Shown here in pieces: positions 32,750 to 42,753 of a stretch of DNA of 64,000 bases. The stretch's first letter is position 1, and each line of letters begins with the position of its first letter. Source of the stretch: Bacilli bacterium (lineage in GTDB: Bacteria > Bacillota_I > Bacilli_A > RFN20 > CAG-826); the NCBI GenBank assembly GCA_045628045.1, contig JAZQOV010000006.1:150006-214005 (forward strand). Direction: 5' to 3'. The notes beneath the pieces were generated by a model. That model was not told where the DNA came from. It searched no databases and saw nothing but the letters and a program-made list of their open reading frames with translations. Made by a program: the position numbers and the translations under genes.

Positions 32750-34477
32750 TTATGACTTAAGATTAATCATCTTAGTAAGTATTTTCTTTTGAAGTGGCAA
32801 TATGTTTTCAGCAGGTAAAGCTATAGCATCACTACAAATTGCTGAAATGCCAAGTTTATAAACAAGTTCCACAATATCCCAGCTTTGAATATCGTAAGCT
32901 AGTATTGTTTTGTTGTAATGTAACAATTTTTCAATTAAACCTTGGAATGTCGGAAGGTTCTTACTAGCATTCTTCTTTTGAATGTGAGTGTTGACACTCA
33001 AATTGAAATAATCAAATACTTCGTAGAGTCGGGGTGTTAGAGTTAAGATATCATCATCAATCTCAAGTGCTACAGAGTAGCCTTTTGATTTTAAAGATAA
33101 GATTGCATCAACAATTGTTTCTTCTTCATAATCTGTAGGCAATGCAGATAAATCTTTTTCTTTTAAGGTGAGAACTAGATTTACACTACCTGCACCATTA
33201 ATTCTTCCTAAAGTTCTAGAAGCATAAGCAAGTTCATTATATGAAATCGGGAATAATAGCTTAGTGTGGCTATCATCTCTTTCTTGAACAAATTGTGCGA
33301 ATGTATTCCTTGCAATTGTTGAGAATAATTCTTTTTCCTCTTGAGTACGTGCAGCGTAGCTCTTAAGCATGTCTATGCTAGTAAAGAACTCGTCTTTAGG
33401 TTGGAAAGTTGCCTTATAGGCAGTGACTTTACCTCTTTCAACATTAAAGATTGGCTGGAAGAAATAACTAATCTTGTTTTCTTCAATAATTGCTTGAACA
33501 TCATTCTTATATTCATCACCTTTTTCTTCGGTTAACAAAGCTTTGTTTTCGCTATAGAAACCTAAGAGTTGATCATTGTCTTTGCACATATTAGAAACTG
33601 CAATAACGTTTTTTATTAAGTTATTTGCGTCTCTAAAGCTTTCTTCGTTTTCAATGATACCAATTGATAAATGAATATCATTTGAATATGACTTAATAGA
33701 TAAATATCTATTAACTTTGGTTGTAATTTCATTAGCAAATGTTAAGATTTCAGCTTTATTCTTTAAATCAAAGTTTGTGACAATGATTTGACCGAATTCT
33801 TGTTCTACAATAAGAACTTTCTCACTTGCAAATGTAAGAATGATGTCTCTTAAGTCTGCATATGCAAGTTGTGAAATGTCTGATGTTTTTGTAACTTGGT
33901 TATAGAAGTTAAAATAAAGCGTTGCGCCTCTACCATTGCTCATGAGAATCTTTTTATTAAGGTAATCACGTTTTGAAAATGATACTTTTTCGCCTTTTCT
34001 ATGAGCCTCTAAGTCTGTTTGCAAAAGATGGGATTCAATAAAAATTAATTTCTTTTCAAATTCAATCTTTTGAACTTCAAGAATTGTGGAAACAAGTGAT
34101 TTAAGTGATTTAATGTAGACTTTTGTCTCCATAAATTTAGGAGTTTGAGTGTTTTGATCAAGCAAATCACCAACCCAATGAATAATTTTTTCTCTATCCT
34201 TTGGTTCATATTGATTATAGAACGCTGTAATAGATAAAGCTCTACGGTTATGTAAATGGGCTGAATTAAAATAATTTACTTTGTCATTTTTAACATCAAT
34301 AATGAATGCGCGAGTTGAGTTTGATAATTCCTTAATTTCTTTTTGGTGTTGAGATTGTTTATGATTCGAAACACCAAAAAAGAAACAAAGGAAAACTAAA
34401 CATACAAAAGCTGCTAATGCAAAGATAGCAACTTCGAATTTAGAAATAGTGAGAAATGTTGTTAAAATTAAACGCAT
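32750..34477 (-). CDS. Membrane protein with degenerate GGDEF/EAL domains
   Basis: N-terminal TM; YFFQPIF...AYKATF in place of EAL; start re-placed at MRLIL (TATAAT 6 nt upstream). Confidence 0.7.
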   Translation of the reverse strand: MRLILTTFLTISKFEVAIFALAAFVCLVFLCFFFGVSNHKQSQHQKEIKELSNSTRAFIIDVKNDKVNYFNSAHLHNRRALSITAFYNQYEPKDREKIIHWVGDLLDQNTQTPKFMETKVYIKSLKSLVSTILEVQKIEFEKKLIFIESHLLQTDLEAHRKGEKVSFSKRDYLNKKILMSNGRGATLYFNFYNQVTKTSDISQLAYADLRDIILTFASEKVLIVEQEFGQIIVTNFDLKNKAEILTFANEITTKVNRYLSIKSYSNDIHLSIGIIENEESFRDANNLIKNVIAVSNMCKDNDQLLGFYSENKALLTEEKGDEYKNDVQAIIEENKISYFFQPIFNVERGKVTAYKATFQPKDEFFTSIDMLKSYAARTQEEKELFSTIARNTFAQFVQERDDSHTKLLFPISYNELAYASRTLGRINGAGSVNLVLTLKEKDLSALPTDYEEETIVDAILSLKSKGYSVALEIDDDILTLTPRLYEVFDYFNLSVNTHIQKKNASKNLPTFQGLIEKLLHYNKTILAYDIQSWDIVELVYKLGISAICSDAIALPAENILPLQKKILTKMINLKS

Positions 34478-34626
34478 GCTTGTATTATACATCATTACGT
34501 GTTTTATACAACGTATGTTTGTTAAAATAAGCCAAAAAATCTTTGATTTGTTCACTTATAATCCTAACAGCCAAGAATATAGAAAAATGTAAATAATATA
34601 ATCTCAGTTGTGTTATAATCTTTCAC

Positions 34627-34719
34627 GGAGGAATACCCAAGCCCGGTTGAAGGGGTCGGTTTCGAAAACCGATAGTAGTCGCAAGATTAGCAGGGGTTCG
34701 AATCCCCTTTCCTCCGCCA
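34627..34719 (+). tRNA. tRNA-Ser(CGA)
   Basis: GGAGGAA/TTCCTCC acceptor, TCGGT-TTCGAAA-ACCGA, long variable arm, GCCA end. Confidence 0.96.
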
Positions 34720-34728
34720 GAATTTAAT

Positions 34729-34765
34729 AAAAAAATCAAGCCGTTTCTAGCTTGATTTTTTCTTT
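34729..34765. terminator. Bidirectional terminator (tRNA-Ser / VanZ gene)
   Basis: aaaaaaatcaagc-N8-gcttgatttttt. Confidence 0.7.
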
Positions 34766-35256
34766 TTGTTTGATTTGATTTTTTGTATCAATTTTACGAT
34801 CAAATATATCAAAATTAGCAGGAAAACCCCCACTAAATAGCCCGAAACGTCAATTCCAACATCTCTAAAATTTCCGCTTCTTCCAGCAGTAAAAAGTTGG
34901 AAAAGTTCAGAGAGAAATGCAATGAATGCACCAACGCAAATTGAGTATAAAACTTGAAAGAATTTTTTCTTTGAATCACCAACTAAAACTAAGCTCCAAG
35001 TTGTGAAAATTCCTGATGCAACAAATAATGAAAAATGCCCTAAAATTTTTCTTAATTTGGCAGCAAATGTTGGGAAATTGCTTTGAGTTATTGTTTCAGG
35101 TTTTACAGTGTTAATAACATCTGCAGTTGTGTGTGCAATTTGATTAGATTCCTGTGCGGATGCTTCACCATTAATGCAAGCATTAACCAAAATAAAAATA
35201 TTTATTGCTAAAGCAATAATTATGACAATAAAGGTTAATACTTTTCTCTTTTTCAT
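34747..35256 (-). CDS. VanZ family membrane protein
   Basis: LRKILGHF, SELFQLFTAGRSG...DVGID..G. Confidence 0.85.
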   Translation of the reverse strand: MKKRKVLTFIVIIIALAINIFILVNACINGEASAQESNQIAHTTADVINTVKPETITQSNFPTFAAKLRKILGHFSLFVASGIFTTWSLVLVGDSKKKFFQVLYSICVGAFIAFLSELFQLFTAGRSGNFRDVGIDVSGYLVGVFLLILIYLIVKLIQKIKSNKKKKSS

Positions 35257-36278
35257 TATTTAATAGGCTTCATATGGAACTTTCCATAAACTCCAATTAG
35301 TGATGAAACATTGATGAAACTATCTGGGTCAAGTTCTCTAATGATATCAACTGATCTTTTGATTTCAGGTGTGGAAACAACCATGTAGATGATAATTTTT
35401 GAGTCATCTGTATAGACGCCTTGAGCCTCTACAATAGTAGCACCGTGAGGAATATTTGCGAGCAATAATTTTGGTAAATCCTTGTTCGAACTAATGATTT
35501 GTATTTGTGCTTTCTTATTACGGATGTTGATTACATCAATAACAAGCATAACTGTTAATAAATATACGAGTGAAAAAAGCACACCAGTAATTGATGATGC
35601 AACGTCTTTTGTTTTTGCTCCAGTAACGATAGCGAATGATGCAATGATAATAGCGTTAATCATAACGCCGTATTTACCTGCTAATTTTGATTTTTTATTA
35701 GAAATATAATAAGAAACAATATCGAAACCACCAGCAGATGAATCTGCTTTGAATGCGATAGCACTACTTAAGCCCGTACAAATGCCTGCGAAAAATGAGC
35801 GAGAAAGCATGCCTCCGCCTCTTTCATTAACATATGTTGAAACTTCGTACAAGACTTTGGCCATTCCCGAACCTTCTATTGCGAATAAAAAGTCAAATAG
35901 AACAACACAACCAACATTGATTAATGTAAAAATAGCAAATCTTTTGCCAACTCCAAAGTATGCAAGTACGAGTAAAGGCACATTAATTGCGAAATAGAAA
36001 ACGTTATAAACTATAATTTGCTTTTCTGGTGAAAAATCTTTACCAATTATTAATTCAACGAATGCTTTGAATACCTGCGCAAGACCAGAAGATCCGCCTG
36101 AAACCATTGTTGTAGCATTTGCGACTTTAACAAGTTCAGGTTGAATAAAAGCTGTCATTCCAAAAGCGAATATTGCCGCACTTAAGACTGACAATAATAA
36201 TGGAACAGCGTAATCATAAATATGTTTTAACCATAAATGGTTATAAAGAAGTGAGTTAAGTTTTTGTTTTGTTTTCAT
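35256..36278 (-). CDS. YitT family membrane protein
   Basis: SGGSSGLAQ, INVPL, SSAGGFDI, HGAT, DPDSF. Confidence 0.9.
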   Translation of the reverse strand: MKTKQKLNSLLYNHLWLKHIYDYAVPLLLSVLSAAIFAFGMTAFIQPELVKVANATTMVSGGSSGLAQVFKAFVELIIGKDFSPEKQIIVYNVFYFAINVPLLVLAYFGVGKRFAIFTLINVGCVVLFDFLFAIEGSGMAKVLYEVSTYVNERGGGMLSRSFFAGICTGLSSAIAFKADSSAGGFDIVSYYISNKKSKLAGKYGVMINAIIIASFAIVTGAKTKDVASSITGVLFSLVYLLTVMLVIDVINIRNKKAQIQIISSNKDLPKLLLANIPHGATIVEAQGVYTDDSKIIIYMVVSTPEIKRSVDIIRELDPDSFINVSSLIGVYGKFHMKPIK

Positions 36279-36429
36279 AAGTTGCTAGAAATATTCTATA
36301 CGTTTTTACGTATAAAGCAATCTTTACTTAGATATTTCTAATTTAAAAATATCTTGTGTTTTTTTCTGTTGAGTCTATATTAATATAGTGCTAAAATATA
36401 ACAGCATTTTATCCCGGAGGTAAATTGAT

Positions 36430-37242
36430 ATGGCAGTTTTATTAGCAATTGGTAGATTCTTTAAAAAGATTTGGGATTGGATTAAACAAACAGCATGGAT
36501 CCAACCACTTTTAATAGTTGGTATCATTTTCGGAATTATTTTCTCAATCCGTCCAATTATTGAAGCTACAAAGAAACACAGAGCAAAACAAGGTGAATTT
36601 GATAAATTCTACACAACATACAGACTTTCTCTTAATGGAGAAGGCGAAGAAAGTTCTTCAGAAGCAGGCGTCTTCACCACAAAATTAACTATGTTAATGA
36701 ATGGTGAAATCGACAAAGAAACATTCAAATCAGAATGTGGTAGAGATGTTGAAGACAAATTCTTCTTTGCAGTTGTTGCAAAAGAATGTACAGAATGTGA
36801 TGAATGTAAAGAAGGTTTCGCAACATTCAAGAGCAAATTAAACAATGCTGCTGAATATTATGGCGCAAATACTGAAGAAAAATTCGATATGGTTACAATC
36901 TTCCAAGACGAAGAAAAATATAAAGATTCAGAAGTCGAAGATACACCATTCTATGATTATTGCTTAAATCACTCTGACTTCTTCGCAGAAGCAGCAGGTG
37001 TCGCAGAAGGTTCTTATTACTATAAGAATAACGGAATCAGTGATTCAGACATTGCTGACTTAGCAGAAGCTCAAGCAGAAACATTCAATACTCCAACAAT
37101 CTTACTCATTGATTTAAATTCTGAAGAATCAATCATCAGCGAAGTTATGTTTGGTGTTGAAGGTTCATCCAAAGATCAAAAAGCAAAAACATTATTCAAC
37201 TGTTGGGAACACAAAGGTAAGTTCTCCGAATCAGGAAAATAA
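36430..37242 (+). CDS. Membrane-anchored hypothetical protein, thioredoxin-like fold suspected
   Basis: GGAGG RBS; N-terminal TM; FFAVVAKECTECDEC and FNTPTILL. Confidence 0.65.
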   Translation: MAVLLAIGRFFKKIWDWIKQTAWIQPLLIVGIIFGIIFSIRPIIEATKKHRAKQGEFDKFYTTYRLSLNGEGEESSSEAGVFTTKLTMLMNGEIDKETFKSECGRDVEDKFFFAVVAKECTECDECKEGFATFKSKLNNAAEYYGANTEEKFDMVTIFQDEEKYKDSEVEDTPFYDYCLNHSDFFAEAAGVAEGSYYYKNNGISDSDIADLAEAQAETFNTPTILLIDLNSEESIISEVMFGVEGSSKDQKAKTLFNCWEHKGKFSESGK

Positions 37243-37258
37243 TTATTTACTAGTAAAT

Positions 37259-37288
37259 AAAAAGTAACTCAATCGAGTTACTTTTTTT
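37259..37288. terminator. Bidirectional terminator
   Basis: aaaaagtaactc-aatc-gagttactttttt. Confidence 0.8.
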
Positions 37289-37748
37289 GATATTTCTTAA
37301 CGACTGATTTCGGAACCAAATGTCTAATATCAACTTTTGATTTAGCCATTGAATCAATTACGCTACTAGAGATAAATGAATATTCAGAGTTAGCCATGAA
37401 AAAGACCATGTCAATTGATGAATCAATGTATTTATTAGCTTCAGCTAATGAGAATTCATATTCGAAGTCTGTGACAGCTCTAAGACCTCTAATTAAGTGT
37501 TTAGCACCAACCTTTTTAGCGTATTCCACTGTTAAGCCATGAGTTGAATCGACTTTGACTCCTTTTAAGCCCTTTGTTGCATCTTTAATCATTGAAACCC
37601 TGTCTTCGACAGAGAATCTAGATTTTTTATCTTGATTGTCTGCAACAAGCACAATAACTTCATCAAATACTTCAAGAGCACGTTGTAAGATATCTAAGTG
37701 TCCATTGGTAATTGGATCAAATGATCCTGGATAAACTGCTTTCTTCAT
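37278..37748 (-). CDS. coaD: Phosphopantetheine adenylyltransferase
   Basis: YPGSFDPITNGH, RGLRAVTDFEYE, ISSS. Confidence 0.97.
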   Translation of the reverse strand: MKKAVYPGSFDPITNGHLDILQRALEVFDEVIVLVADNQDKKSRFSVEDRVSMIKDATKGLKGVKVDSTHGLTVEYAKKVGAKHLIRGLRAVTDFEYEFSLAEANKYIDSSIDMVFFMANSEYSFISSSVIDSMAKSKVDIRHLVPKSVVKKYQKK

Positions 37749-37750
37749 AA

Positions 37751-38284
37751 CTATTTCCTTAATATATATACTTTCGCGAGTCCGTATTTATAGAAGCGAA
37801 CTTCTTTAAACATTGTTTTATCAATATTTAATTCTCTTTCACTCTCTAACACTATTATACCACCATCATTTAATGAATTATTTGATATAAGCGTTTTCAC
37901 AATATCTTCATATACTTCTAATTTATATGGAGGATCTACAAAGACAATATCAACTTTTTCATTAAATTGTTTTAGAAAATCTAAAACATCACTTCTAATT
38001 ATCTCAAAATTATCTTCTTTTAATTTTAAAGCATTATCTTTGATACATTTAATTGCGTCGATTGATTTATCAACAAAAATAGCACTCTTTGCACCTCTTG
38101 ATAAAGACTCGAAGCCATATGAACCTGATCCAGCGAATAAATCAAGAACAGACGCTCCTACTACTTTATCTCCAAGTGCAGAGAAAACTGCAGAACGAAC
38201 TTTATCCATTGTTGGTTTAGTGAGTTCTGTATTTGGAGTATCTAATAATCTTGATCTATTTTGACCACCAGTAATGCGTATCAT
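37751..38284 (-). CDS. rsmD: 16S rRNA m2G966 methyltransferase
   Basis: RITGG, LDLFAGSG, SRGA, DPPY. Confidence 0.94.
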   Translation of the reverse strand: MIRITGGQNRSRLLDTPNTELTKPTMDKVRSAVFSALGDKVVGASVLDLFAGSGSYGFESLSRGAKSAIFVDKSIDAIKCIKDNALKLKEDNFEIIRSDVLDFLKQFNEKVDIVFVDPPYKLEVYEDIVKTLISNNSLNDGGIIVLESERELNIDKTMFKEVRFYKYGLAKVYILRK

Positions 38285-38286
38285 AA

Positions 38287-38625
38287 TTAATTAAAAGGAT
38301 TAAATATTTCCTCATTTATTTTATCATAAAGTTTTCTAACTTTTTTAAATTGATTGTTATACATCATAACAAGCTCATTTTTATCAAGCTCAAGCTTTGC
38401 TTGATGTAGTACTTTTTGGGCTGCTAAAACTTCATCTGAATTCTCTCCAAAATATCGCATTGCATCTTCATATTTTGTGATAGCGATATCTTTCTTGTAA
38501 GCAAGCTTCATAACTTCATCATTTTCATTCAAAAGTTTGTCTAATTCGTTAAGTTTTATAACATCAGGATGATTTTCAATTTCGCTTTTAAGTAAATCGA
38601 GTTTATCAGCTAAAATTTCATTCAT
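38287..38625 (-). CDS. YlbF/YmcA family protein
   Basis: All-helical, about 112 aa, syntenic with rsmD-coaD; start MNEIL 6 nt after TGnTATCAT. Confidence 0.65.
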   Translation of the reverse strand: MNEILADKLDLLKSEIENHPDVIKLNELDKLLNENDEVMKLAYKKDIAITKYEDAMRYFGENSDEVLAAQKVLHQAKLELDKNELVMMYNNQFKKVRKLYDKINEEIFNPFN

Positions 38626-38671
38626 GCTTTTATGATACCAAATTATATTCATTTATGATAGAATTTGATGC

Positions 38672-39229
38672 ATGAAGATATATTTCAAAATTGTTAAAGA
38701 TTCAGAACCTTCATTAAGACAAAAATGTGAGGAAATAACCGAAATAACACCAGAAATTGTGCAACTTCTTAATGATATGCATGATTATTTAGTGGATTCT
38801 CAAGACGAAGAAATATCAAAAAAGTATCACATTAGAAGCGGAGTTGGTTTAGCAGCTCCTCAAATTGGTAAGAACATTAAAGCAATTGCTGTTTATTTTA
38901 AAGAAAGAACAGATGAAGGCGAAATTATAGTTGATCACCGCCTTGTTAACCCAAAAATAATTTTAGAATCAGTAAAAGAAACATACCTTGAAGATGGGGA
39001 AGGCTGCCTTTCAGTAGACAATGTCCATGAAGGATATGTCTATAGACATAACAAGATACAAGTTAAGGCATTTAACGTCAAAACAATGAAAGAAGAAATA
39101 ATCACTGCACGTGGTTATGAAGCCATTGTTTTACAACACGAAATTGACCATTTAAGTGGAATTCTTTACTACGATAGAATTGATAAAAAAGATCCATTTA
39201 ATAAAAAAGAAGACGCAATTAGACTCTAG
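38672..39229 (+). CDS. def: Peptide deformylase (type II)
   Basis: GVGLAAPQIG, EGCLS, QHEIDH. Confidence 0.97.
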   Translation: MKIYFKIVKDSEPSLRQKCEEITEITPEIVQLLNDMHDYLVDSQDEEISKKYHIRSGVGLAAPQIGKNIKAIAVYFKERTDEGEIIVDHRLVNPKIILESVKETYLEDGEGCLSVDNVHEGYVYRHNKIQVKAFNVKTMKEEIITARGYEAIVLQHEIDHLSGILYYDRIDKKDPFNKKEDAIRL

Positions 39230-39309
39230 TCTTGACAAAGACTAATTTTAAACTAAAATATTATTGCTTTTTATAGCAACGAAAATAATTCATCTATTGG
39301 AGGAAATTT

Positions 39310-40977
39310 ATGGCTATTTCCGAATCTCCAATTTGCATATATGCCTTAGGCGGTTTGTGTGAAGTTGGTAAAAACACTTATTGTATTGAATCAGAAAACT
39401 CCATCGTAATTATCGATGCTGGAGTTCTTTTCCCAAGCGGAGATTTACCAGGAGTTGACTATGTCATTCCTGATTACTCAAAACTTAAAAACTCACGTCA
39501 AAAAGTAAAAGCGTTATTTATAACGCACGGACACGAAGACCACATTGGAGGCATTCCATTTTTGGTCCAATCTTTACATATTCCAGTAATTTATGCTCCA
39601 AGACTCGCCATAAAGCTCATTAGACATAAATTAGATGACATGAAAGTTCGTGAAGAAGTTAATCTTGTTGAATACGATGCAGACTCAGTTATAAATGTAG
39701 CTGAATTTAAATTCAGCTTCTTCCAAGTAACTCACTCTATTCCAGATTCATATGGAATTGTCGTAGACACTCCACAAGGAAGAATTGTTCATACAGGAGA
39801 CTTTAAGATTGATTTAACTCCTGTTGGACAAAAGATTGAGTTATCAAAGATAGCTCAAATAGGAGATAAAGGCGTTGATTTACTTCTTAGTGACTCCACA
39901 AACGCAGAAATTGAAGGTTACACTCCAAGTGAGAAAAACGTATTAAATTCAATTAAAAATATATTTAAGCACGCACACGGAAGACTTATTTTGTCTACAT
40001 TCTCCTCAAATATCTCTCGTATTGAGCAGATTTGTGAGGTTGCAGTCTCATATAATAGAAAAATTGCGATTATTGGAAGATCAATGGAAGCCGCAGTTCA
40101 AGCTGCAAGAGACTTTGGTTACATCAAAGTTCCTGATACATCGTTCATTCCAATAAGCGAAGTAAATGAATTCAAACTAAATGAAGTTTGTATTTTGTGT
40201 ACAGGTTCTCAAGGAGAACCTATGGCAGCGTTATCTCGTATCGCCAATGATGAACACAAAGAATTAAAGATAATTCCTGGAGATACAATTGTTTTCTCAT
40301 CAAGTGCTATTCCAGGAAATGGCATATTTATTGATAAGGTTGTTAACCAACTTGTTAAAAAAGGTGCTACTGTTATGACTAACTCAGTTTTATATGCAGT
40401 ACACTCATCTGGCCACCCATCAAAACAAGAATTAAGAATCATGCTTCACCTTATTCATCCAAAGTATTTCATGCCAATTCATGGTGAATATAGAATGCTA
40501 AAAATACACGGAGAAATCGCAGAATCCCTGGGAATTCCCGCACAAAATGTATTTGTAATGGATAATGGTGACTCACTCGTTTTATCGAAACATCGTGTTG
40601 TAAAAGGACCACATTATGATGTTGATCCAGTCTACATTGATAGCAAGAATATTAATGGTACAAATGAGGCAGTTATTAAAGATAGGGAGATCATGAAAAA
40701 TGATGGAATGATTACTGTCGCTGTATCAATTAATTCAAAAACATCAAAGATCATTGTTAACCCAAAATGTCTCACTAAAGCCTTTATAGCTAATGACACA
40801 AATATGGTGAGAAAGATTGAAGACTTATGTCTTCAAAAGTTAAATGAAATAATGCCAACAAAGCCAAGCTTTGCAACCATTAAATCTGCGCTTAAGAAAG
40901 AAATATCACTTTACGTTTTAAGAAAAACAGAAAGGCAACCACTTATTATTCCAGTGGTTATGGATGAAAATTTATGA
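39310..40977 (+). CDS. rnj: Ribonuclease J
   Basis: ALGGLCEVGKN, THGHEDHIG, HTGDFK, TGSQGEP, HSSGH, PIHGE. Confidence 0.97.
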   Translation: MAISESPICIYALGGLCEVGKNTYCIESENSIVIIDAGVLFPSGDLPGVDYVIPDYSKLKNSRQKVKALFITHGHEDHIGGIPFLVQSLHIPVIYAPRLAIKLIRHKLDDMKVREEVNLVEYDADSVINVAEFKFSFFQVTHSIPDSYGIVVDTPQGRIVHTGDFKIDLTPVGQKIELSKIAQIGDKGVDLLLSDSTNAEIEGYTPSEKNVLNSIKNIFKHAHGRLILSTFSSNISRIEQICEVAVSYNRKIAIIGRSMEAAVQAARDFGYIKVPDTSFIPISEVNEFKLNEVCILCTGSQGEPMAALSRIANDEHKELKIIPGDTIVFSSSAIPGNGIFIDKVVNQLVKKGATVMTNSVLYAVHSSGHPSKQELRIMLHLIHPKYFMPIHGEYRMLKIHGEIAESLGIPAQNVFVMDNGDSLVLSKHRVVKGPHYDVDPVYIDSKNINGTNEAVIKDREIMKNDGMITVAVSINSKTSKIIVNPKCLTKAFIANDTNMVRKIEDLCLQKLNEIMPTKPSFATIKSALKKEISLYVLRKTERQPLIIPVVMDENL

Positions 40978-41513
40978 TTATTCTCGCAAGTGAATCTCCA
41001 CGTAGAAAAGAATTAATTAAGAAGATTGTTAAGGATTTTACAGTAATTCCTGCAAATGTTGATGAATCTTCTCTTCACATCCCAGCATGTGACCTTCCAG
41101 GAGAACTATCTAAGCTAAAAGCTTATGATGTATTCGCTAAATACCCAAACGATACAGTTTTAGCATGTGATACAGTTGTTATTCTTGATGGAGTTGTGAT
41201 GGGAAAACCTCACACAAAAGAAAAAGCATCTGAAATGCTTCATAAACTTTCTGGAAAAAGACATGTTGTTATTTCTGGATACACATTTGTTAATAAAAAT
41301 GTAGAAATAACAAAAACTGTTAGAACTTATGTTTATTTTAATAAACTAAGTGATGAACTAATTGATAAATACATCGCTACAGGTTCTCCAATGGATAAAG
41401 CTGGAGCGTATGGAATCCAAGATAAAGAATTTGATCTAGTAAATCACATTGAAGGAAGTTTCGATAATGTTATGGGACTTCCTACTGAAGATATTAAGAA
41501 ACACTGCTTCTAA
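40974..41513 (+). CDS. maf: Maf-family nucleotide pyrophosphatase
   Basis: ILASESPRR, DTVV, GKP, DKAGAYGIQ, NVMGLP. Confidence 0.95.
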   Translation: MIILASESPRRKELIKKIVKDFTVIPANVDESSLHIPACDLPGELSKLKAYDVFAKYPNDTVLACDTVVILDGVVMGKPHTKEKASEMLHKLSGKRHVVISGYTFVNKNVEITKTVRTYVYFNKLSDELIDKYIATGSPMDKAGAYGIQDKEFDLVNHIEGSFDNVMGLPTEDIKKHCF

Positions 41514-41516
41514 AAC

Positions 41517-41541
41517 AAAAGGACACTTAGTGTCCTTTTTT
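41517..41541. terminator. Bidirectional terminator (maf / small membrane ORF)
   Basis: aaaaggacac-tta-gtgtcctttttt. Confidence 0.8.
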
Positions 41542-41670
41542 CTTACTTAATAATAAAATAACTAGAATTATTATTAGCAGCACTCCTGCAACAGAGATTG
41601 CTACATATAATCCGTTTTGTCTAAGCCATTCACTGAATGGATTATTAATGAGTTCACTTAATGTAACCAT
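41527..41670 (-). CDS. 47-aa single-pass membrane protein not in the ORF track
   Basis: MVTLSELINNPFSEWLRQNGLYVAISVAGVLLIIILVILLLSKKKGH*; TGaTAACAT 6 nt upstream; stop lies in the terminator. Confidence 0.75.
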   Translation of the reverse strand: MVTLSELINNPFSEWLRQNGLYVAISVAGVLLIIILVILLLSKKKGH

Positions 41671-41697
41671 GTTAATATGTTATCATATTTTACGTTT

Positions 41698-42258
41698 ATG
41701 AGTACAAATCTTGAATTTGAAGCTAAATCAATGTTAGAAAAAAGCGAGTATGAATTACTCAAAAACGAGTTTTCAAGTTCCAAAAAATACACTCAGAAAA
41801 ATTACTATTTGTCCTCTCCAAAACTCTCAAAAAATTTAGGCATGAGAGTAAGAGAAAAATCTCATAAATTTGAACTCACAATTAAGGTGGATTTAGGGGA
41901 TCACAAAAAAGAAATAAATCAAAAAATATCCAGGATTTCCTGGGGATTTCTTAGATTTCTTCGTATTTTTCCAAAAGGCGAGGTTTCTTCATGTTTAATT
42001 GAAAATGACATCATTGATCCACGAGAATTACGCGTTATTGGATGTATGAAAACTAAGAGAATTGATGTTAAATTTTTGACCTCTTTAATTTCAATTGATA
42101 GGTCCAAATATAATCACATTACCGATTATGAAATTGAATGTGAAGATTCTTCATACAAATTAGCAGAAGCCAATCTTCTTAAATTTCTAAAAACAAGAAA
42201 TATTGAGTATAAAAAAAGCAAGTTTTCTAAGCTTGCTAGATTTATTAACTCTAAATAA
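41698..42258 (+). CDS. CYTH domain protein (YjbK-like)
   Basis: LEFEAK, Q.NYY, MRVR, ELTIK, DYEIECE, SKLARF. Confidence 0.88.
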   Translation: MSTNLEFEAKSMLEKSEYELLKNEFSSSKKYTQKNYYLSSPKLSKNLGMRVREKSHKFELTIKVDLGDHKKEINQKISRISWGFLRFLRIFPKGEVSSCLIENDIIDPRELRVIGCMKTKRIDVKFLTSLISIDRSKYNHITDYEIECEDSSYKLAEANLLKFLKTRNIEYKKSKFSKLARFINSK

Positions 42259-42657
42259 CTACTTGTTATCTTCACAAGTATCACAAACGAAATCTTTTAA
42301 TCTGCGTGCTTTTGGGATAAATGTGGTCATTTCATCAGTGTCATATCCAACTTGAATGTGTGAATCATCCACCATTATCGGTCTTTTTAAAACTGTTGGA
42401 TTTTGACGAATAAATTGAATCATTTCAGACACTGACATGTCATCAAGTTTTACATTCTTTTCTTTTATGATTTTACTTCGTAAAGAAATGATATCATCGG
42501 TTCCATTTTCGCTTTTTTCAAGCATCTCTTTAAGCTCTTTTTCGCTTAAACCTTGACCATTGATATTTTTCTCGACATAAGGAATCTTTTGATCATCAAA
42601 CCATTTCTTCACTTTAATGCAAGAAGAACAAGATGGGGAAACATAAATCTTAATCAT
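42259..42657 (-). CDS. spxA: Spx/MgsR family transcriptional regulator
   Basis: SPSCSSCIK, ENGTDDIIS, LKRPIM, QVGY. Confidence 0.9.
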   Translation of the reverse strand: MIKIYVSPSCSSCIKVKKWFDDQKIPYVEKNINGQGLSEKELKEMLEKSENGTDDIISLRSKIIKEKNVKLDDMSVSEMIQFIRQNPTVLKRPIMVDDSHIQVGYDTDEMTTFIPKARRLKDFVCDTCEDNK

Positions 42658-42753
42658 GCTTTTTATTGTATCTTCAAATAGGGCAAAGTCAATAAAATTG
42701 ACATCAATTATTTAAATAACATATAATATTCGCATTACTCGGAGGATATCAAA

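Noticed and set aside
39310-40977. Genome-wide codon reassignment (AGG to Met, as reported for some uncultured Bacilli, or TGA to Trp)
   Set aside because: AGG falls at conserved Arg positions in RNase J (DRE, ERQP) and TGA ends core genes at expected positions. CGG could not be assessed because I found no informative core occurrence.
41574-41604. CIRCE-like sequence (AGCACTC...GATTGCTA)
   Set aside because: Spacing is 10 rather than 9, it has mismatches, it lies inside the 47-aa ORF, and no chaperone gene is nearby.
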